Source: an uncultured Gammaproteobacteria bacterium
GTDB lineage: Bacteria > Patescibacteriota > Patescibacteriia > Patescibacteriales > GWC2-42-12
Assembly: GCA_964560005.1 (NCBI GenBank)
Contig: CAZLKB010000001.1
Span: 77,079 to 141,078 of the forward strand
Direction: 5' to 3'
DNA length: 64,000 nt
Shown: one piece after another, positions 61,069 to 64,000 of the stretch
Layout of the letters: the number at the start of each line of letters is the position of its first letter
How positions within the stretch are numbered: the first letter of the stretch is position 1
Notes under the pieces: generated by a model
Told to the model about the DNA's origin: nothing
The model's input: the letters and a program-made list of their open reading frames with translations, nothing else
Databases searched by the model: none
Translations under genes and position numbers: made by a program

Positions 61069-61096
61069 ATTATATAACTTTTGTAGAAAGAGTCAA
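61069..61096 (-). promoter_or_regulatory. Canonical sigma70-type promoter for the riboswitch operon
   Basis: On the minus strand: TTGACT (rc 61091-61096), 16 nt, TATAAT (rc 61069-61074). The predicted start is about 10 nt before P1. Confidence 0.5.
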
Positions 61097-61100
61097 TCAG

Positions 61101-61172
61101 TACGCCCAGGGGGAATCGAACCCTCATATCCAGCTTAGAAGGCTGGTGTTCTATCCATTGAACTATGGGCGC
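61101..61172 (-). tRNA. tRNA-Arg(TCT)
   Basis: Acceptor GCGCCCA/TGGGCGT (G1.U72), loop CTTCTAA, T-arm GAGGG-TTCGATT-CCCCC with one mismatch. Confidence 0.8.
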
Positions 61173-61211
61173 AAATTTAAATATGGTTTTAGATTCACTT
61201 CACTTTAGAAA

Positions 61212-61276
61212 GAGCTGGTGTTCCCCGCCCGAACGTACCGTTCGGTACGGGCGGGTATCCATTGAACTATGGGCGC
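61212..61276 (-). pseudogene. tRNA-Arg 5'-half copy interrupted by a 32-nt GC palindrome
   Basis: GCGCCCATAGTTCAATGGATA, then the insert at 61224-61255, then GAACACCAGC. Identity to the intact gene ends in the anticodon loop and there is no T-arm. Confidence 0.5.
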
Positions 61277-61412
61277 AAATAAAATAAAATTGCCTAAGAT
61301 AGGCAATAACCCAATCTTAACGGCTAAAACTTAATTTGTCAAAAGAAAATGAAATGAATTGAAAATTAAAACACTGAAAATTCATTGAAAATTGATACTT
61401 GAAAATTAAAAA

Positions 61413-62336
61413 TTATTTCTTCCTCCTCCCATGAAACGCCTTATGCACGTCCCTTAGTTGCTGATCGGTGATATGAGTATAAACTTGGGTGGTAGTGATG
61501 GAGGAGTGCCCGAGCATGGCCTGCACGCTCCTTATGTCCGCGCCGTTCATCAGTAAATCGGTGGCATAGCTATGGCGCATGGTGTGAGGGGTAACCTGCT
61601 TGGTGATGCCGGCTACCTTGGCATATTTTTGCACTAACCGTTGCACGCTTCTCGGTGTAAGCCCCTCTTCTTTTTCGCGTCCGCCTGAAGCTTTGTCATG
61701 GCTGATAAATAAATAGGGATTAATATCATGCCTGACTTTTAAATAATCTTCAATTGAATGCCTGGCCTCGTCGGATAAAAACACTACGCGCAGTTTAGAA
61801 CCTTTTCCTCGCACCGTGAATTCATCTTTTTTTAAATTAATGTTTTCAATTTTTAATTTACATAATTCGGAAACGCGAAGCCCGGTGGAAAAAAACAATT
61901 CTAAAATCGCTTTATCTCGTTTTCTGATAATTTCCGGCAGTTCAATCTTAAACGGCGCCTCCAATATCCGCTCCAAGTCAGAGCCTTCTAAAAAATCTAC
62001 CTGCCTTTGCTGCTGCTTAGCCAATTCCACTTTTTCCGGCTCTAAAGATTTTATGTCGGTCTTCACCAGATATTTTAAAAACCCGCGCAGAGCGATTAAA
62101 TGATAATTTTGCGTATTTTTTTTCAAACCCTTATTTTCATCGCTTCCCAGTCTATTTAAAAATAAGCGGTATTTATGCACTAATTCTTTGCTAATTTTAG
62201 CCGGTGTGCTTACCCCCGCCTCTTTGGCGAAGGCGGCAAATCTATTTAAATAAAAATCATAATTATCAGTAGTATTGCGCGACAAACCCTTTTCCACCTC
62301 CATATATTCAATAAATTGTTTTATATATTTTTCCAT
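61413..62336 (-). CDS. Tyrosine recombinase, XerC/XerD family
   Basis: RHSYATDLL..LGHSSITTTQVYTH catalytic region. Start moved from TTG (62357) to the ATG at 62336. Confidence 0.85.
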   Translation of the reverse strand: MEKYIKQFIEYMEVEKGLSRNTTDNYDFYLNRFAAFAKEAGVSTPAKISKELVHKYRLFLNRLGSDENKGLKKNTQNYHLIALRGFLKYLVKTDIKSLEPEKVELAKQQQRQVDFLEGSDLERILEAPFKIELPEIIRKRDKAILELFFSTGLRVSELCKLKIENINLKKDEFTVRGKGSKLRVVFLSDEARHSIEDYLKVRHDINPYLFISHDKASGGREKEEGLTPRSVQRLVQKYAKVAGITKQVTPHTMRHSYATDLLMNGADIRSVQAMLGHSSITTTQVYTHITDQQLRDVHKAFHGRRKK

Positions 62337-62348
62337 AGGATCTATATG

Positions 62349-62488
62349 GCCGGACAAAGGTTTTAGTTTTGAGCGGCTCCTCTGTGCTTTCCTCGGAGCT
62401 AAAAAGGGGACGAGGGAGAAATTGTTGCATTTTTTAATTAAAAATGCCCAAATTTCGTCTAAGCGAAAAACTAAAACCTTTGTCCGGC
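62349..62488 (+). repeat. Structured element, type B, copy B5
   Basis: Arms GCCGGACAAAGGTTTTAG / CTAAAACCTTTGTCCGGC. Core TTTTGAGCGGCTCC..AAATTTCGTCTAAGCGAAAAA. Confidence 0.7.
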
Positions 62489-62639
62489 GTATTTAACTCA
62501 TTGTTTCTACTCTCATTTTACGACACCTTGCATTATTTGGCAATTAATGTTATCATTGCGTAGTAAGTTTAATTACTAATTAATAACCCTATCTTGGTTA
62601 GAGACTTGTCGCCTCTTACTCGGTTAGGGACACGAAACC

Positions 62640-63050
62640 ATGTTAGATAGAAAAGCCAAGCAAAAAATCATTAATCGGTTCAAGGTTCATGAAACCGATA
62701 CCGGCTCATCGCAAGTGCAGATCGCCATTTTAACCGAAGAAATCAAGCAGTTAAGCAATCATTTAAAGAACCACAAAAACGACCATTCTTCCAGGCGCGG
62801 ACTGTTAAAAAAAGTCAGCGAAAGAAGGCGCTTATTAAAATATTTGCAAAAAGAAGACGGCAAGGCCTTTGACGAACTGGCAAAGAATTTAAAATTGAAA
62901 ATTGCCAAAAAAATGATTGAAGATGAAGAAGCTAGGCAAAAAATTGAAGATGAAATTATCGCCAAACAGGAATTAAAAGCCGAAGCGGCCGAAGCGGCCG
63001 AAGAAGAGAGAGTAAAGGCTGACCATAAAAACAAAGAGGATGAAGAATAA
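62640..63050 (+). CDS. rpsO: 30S ribosomal protein S15 with a 45-aa Glu/Lys/Ala-rich C-terminal extension
   Basis: HETDTGSSQVQIAILTEEIKQLSNHLKNHKNDHSSRRGLLK. Confidence 0.9.
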   Translation: MLDRKAKQKIINRFKVHETDTGSSQVQIAILTEEIKQLSNHLKNHKNDHSSRRGLLKKVSERRRLLKYLQKEDGKAFDELAKNLKLKIAKKMIEDEEARQKIEDEIIAKQELKAEAAEAAEEERVKADHKNKEDEE

Positions 63051-63056
63051 CAATAT

Positions 63057-63143
63057 AATCCAAATACTACAAAAAGTACGCGAATACTACAAATGTTTTA
63101 GAATTATTTCGTAGTATTTGGATATAATTTGTAGTATTCGCAT
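63057..63143. repeat. Four-box TACTACAAA module
   Basis: ATCCAAATACTACA, GCGAATACTACAAAT, CGTAGTATTTGGAT, ATTTGTAGTATTCGC. It ends 9 nt before the ATG at 63152. Confidence 0.6.
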
Positions 63144-63151
63144 TATAATAT

Positions 63152-63649
63152 ATGATAAAACACAAAGAACAGAGAGTCGGCATTTTGGTAGATGTCTCCA
63201 ATATGTACCACAGCGCCAAGAATCTTTATAAAAGAAGAGTTAATTTTAAAGAAGTATTAAAAACGGCCGTGGCCGGCAGAAAATTAATCCGGGCGACCGC
63301 TTATGTTATTAAAACCGAGAATGAAGAAGGCAACGCTTTTTTCGAAGCTTTAAGCCAGCAGGGCTTTGAAGTTAAAATGAAAGATCTGCAAATTTTTCCC
63401 GGCGGCGCTAAAAAAGCCGATTGGGATGTAGGCATCGCGGTTGACGCCATTAAACTGGCGGAAAAACTGGATGTAGTGGTTTTAATAACCGGTGATGGCG
63501 ACTATATACCTTTAGTAAATTATTTACAGAATACCAAGGGCTGCTTGGTGGAAGTCATGGCTTTCCGCCAGACTACTTCTTCAAAACTCATAGAAGAAGC
63601 GGACGACTTCACCAACTTAAGCGAAGATAAAAAGTATTTATTAAAATAA
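63152..63649 (+). CDS. NYN-domain (LabA-like) protein
   Basis: 165 aa. RVGILVDVSNMY..ADWDVGIAVDA..VVLITGDGDYIPLV. Confidence 0.8.
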   Translation: MIKHKEQRVGILVDVSNMYHSAKNLYKRRVNFKEVLKTAVAGRKLIRATAYVIKTENEEGNAFFEALSQQGFEVKMKDLQIFPGGAKKADWDVGIAVDAIKLAEKLDVVVLITGDGDYIPLVNYLQNTKGCLVEVMAFRQTTSSKLIEEADDFTNLSEDKKYLLK

Positions 63650-63650
63650 A

Positions 63651-63745
63651 AACAACGAATTAAAACACGAATTTAAAACGAATCAAACGAATAAACTCAA
63701 AATAATTCGTGTTAATTCGTAAAAATTCGCGATAAATTCGCATTT
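63651..63745. repeat. Low-complexity inverted repeat (ACGAAT/ATTCGT theme)
   Basis: AACACGAATTTAAAACGAATCAAACGAAT versus ATTCGTGTTAATTCGTAAAAATTCGCG. Confidence 0.5.
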
Positions 63746-63814
63746 AATTAACGCTTGACCGATAGATACATAGTGCTGTGAGCCATAACTCATAGTCCTA
63801 CAACCTGTTGGCCA

Positions 63815-63955
63815 AGCAGAAAAATGTAAAGTTAAAATCTCAAAATTAAAAATGACAATGAAAAGTTTAAAATGGTTAAATTTAAAATTATTTAATTTTA
63901 CATTTTAAACTGTCATTTTCCATTTTGATTTTTACATTTTACATTACTTGAGAAA
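63815..63955. repeat. AT-rich low-complexity inverted-repeat spacer (AAAATGTAAA theme)
   Basis: AAAAATGACAATGAAAAGTTTAAAATG versus CATTTTAAACTGTCATTTTCCATTTTGAT. Confidence 0.5.
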
Positions 63956-63958
63956 CAT

Positions 63959-64000
63959 ATGAATAAAGAACAAATGTTTAGTACCGAGTGGCTTGGCCGC
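63959..64000 (+). CDS. Start of an ORF, possibly polynucleotide phosphorylase (14 codons only)
   Basis: MNKEQMFSTEWLGR. The call rests only on rpsO-pnp synteny. Confidence 0.25.
   Translation, partial: MNKEQMFSTEWLGR

Noticed and set aside
61413-62357. The tyrosine recombinase might be a phage or ICE integrase marking an island at tRNA-Arg.
   Set aside because: The sequence looks like a chromosomal XerC/XerD type. No cargo genes lie between it and the tRNA, and the duplicated tRNA part is the 5' half. The idea is kept only as a low-probability alternative in the tRNA-Arg finding.

Overview
The window looks like a small-genome bacterium. An affiliation with CPR/Patescibacteria is inferred from gene content and is not proven. 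Coding regions have moderate GC and the intergenic spacers are very AT-rich. Most genes lie on the minus strand and are housekeeping: pyrH, dapB, pyrF, ppsA, lgt, rpsT, holA, murD, polA, rnj, secG, the infC-rpmI-rplT operon, smpB with tmRNA, tig, hppA, nusA, rlmN, greA, dinB, a xer-type recombinase and rpsO. I folded seven tRNAs by hand. Accessory content includes one IS1595-family element, two HNH endonuclease genes that each abut a tRNA, and several single-gene cassettes with strong Shine-Dalgarno sites and clean terminators.

The two signals I rate highest:
1. Nine structured intergenic elements of about 95-185 nt, in two related types. Each has a conserved GA-rich core and an outer stem that is unique to the copy but self-complementary. 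All nine cores read on the plus strand.
2. A compact cobalamin-riboswitch-like leader with its own canonical promoter, in front of a three-gene putative B12 capture and uptake operon.

Other points worth a second look:
- A short GC-rich hairpin repeat, and AT-rich nucleotide themes, sit in frame inside essential genes (murD, lgt, polA, nusA).
- Partial tRNA copies lie beside tRNA-Leu and tRNA-Arg.
- A promoter-leader cassette is duplicated in a block whose codon usage differs from the rest of the window.

The ORF track accepts TTG and GTG starts, so I moved several starts to the nearest ATG that avoids repeat overlap. All homology calls come from motif recognition by eye. No search or folding program was run.
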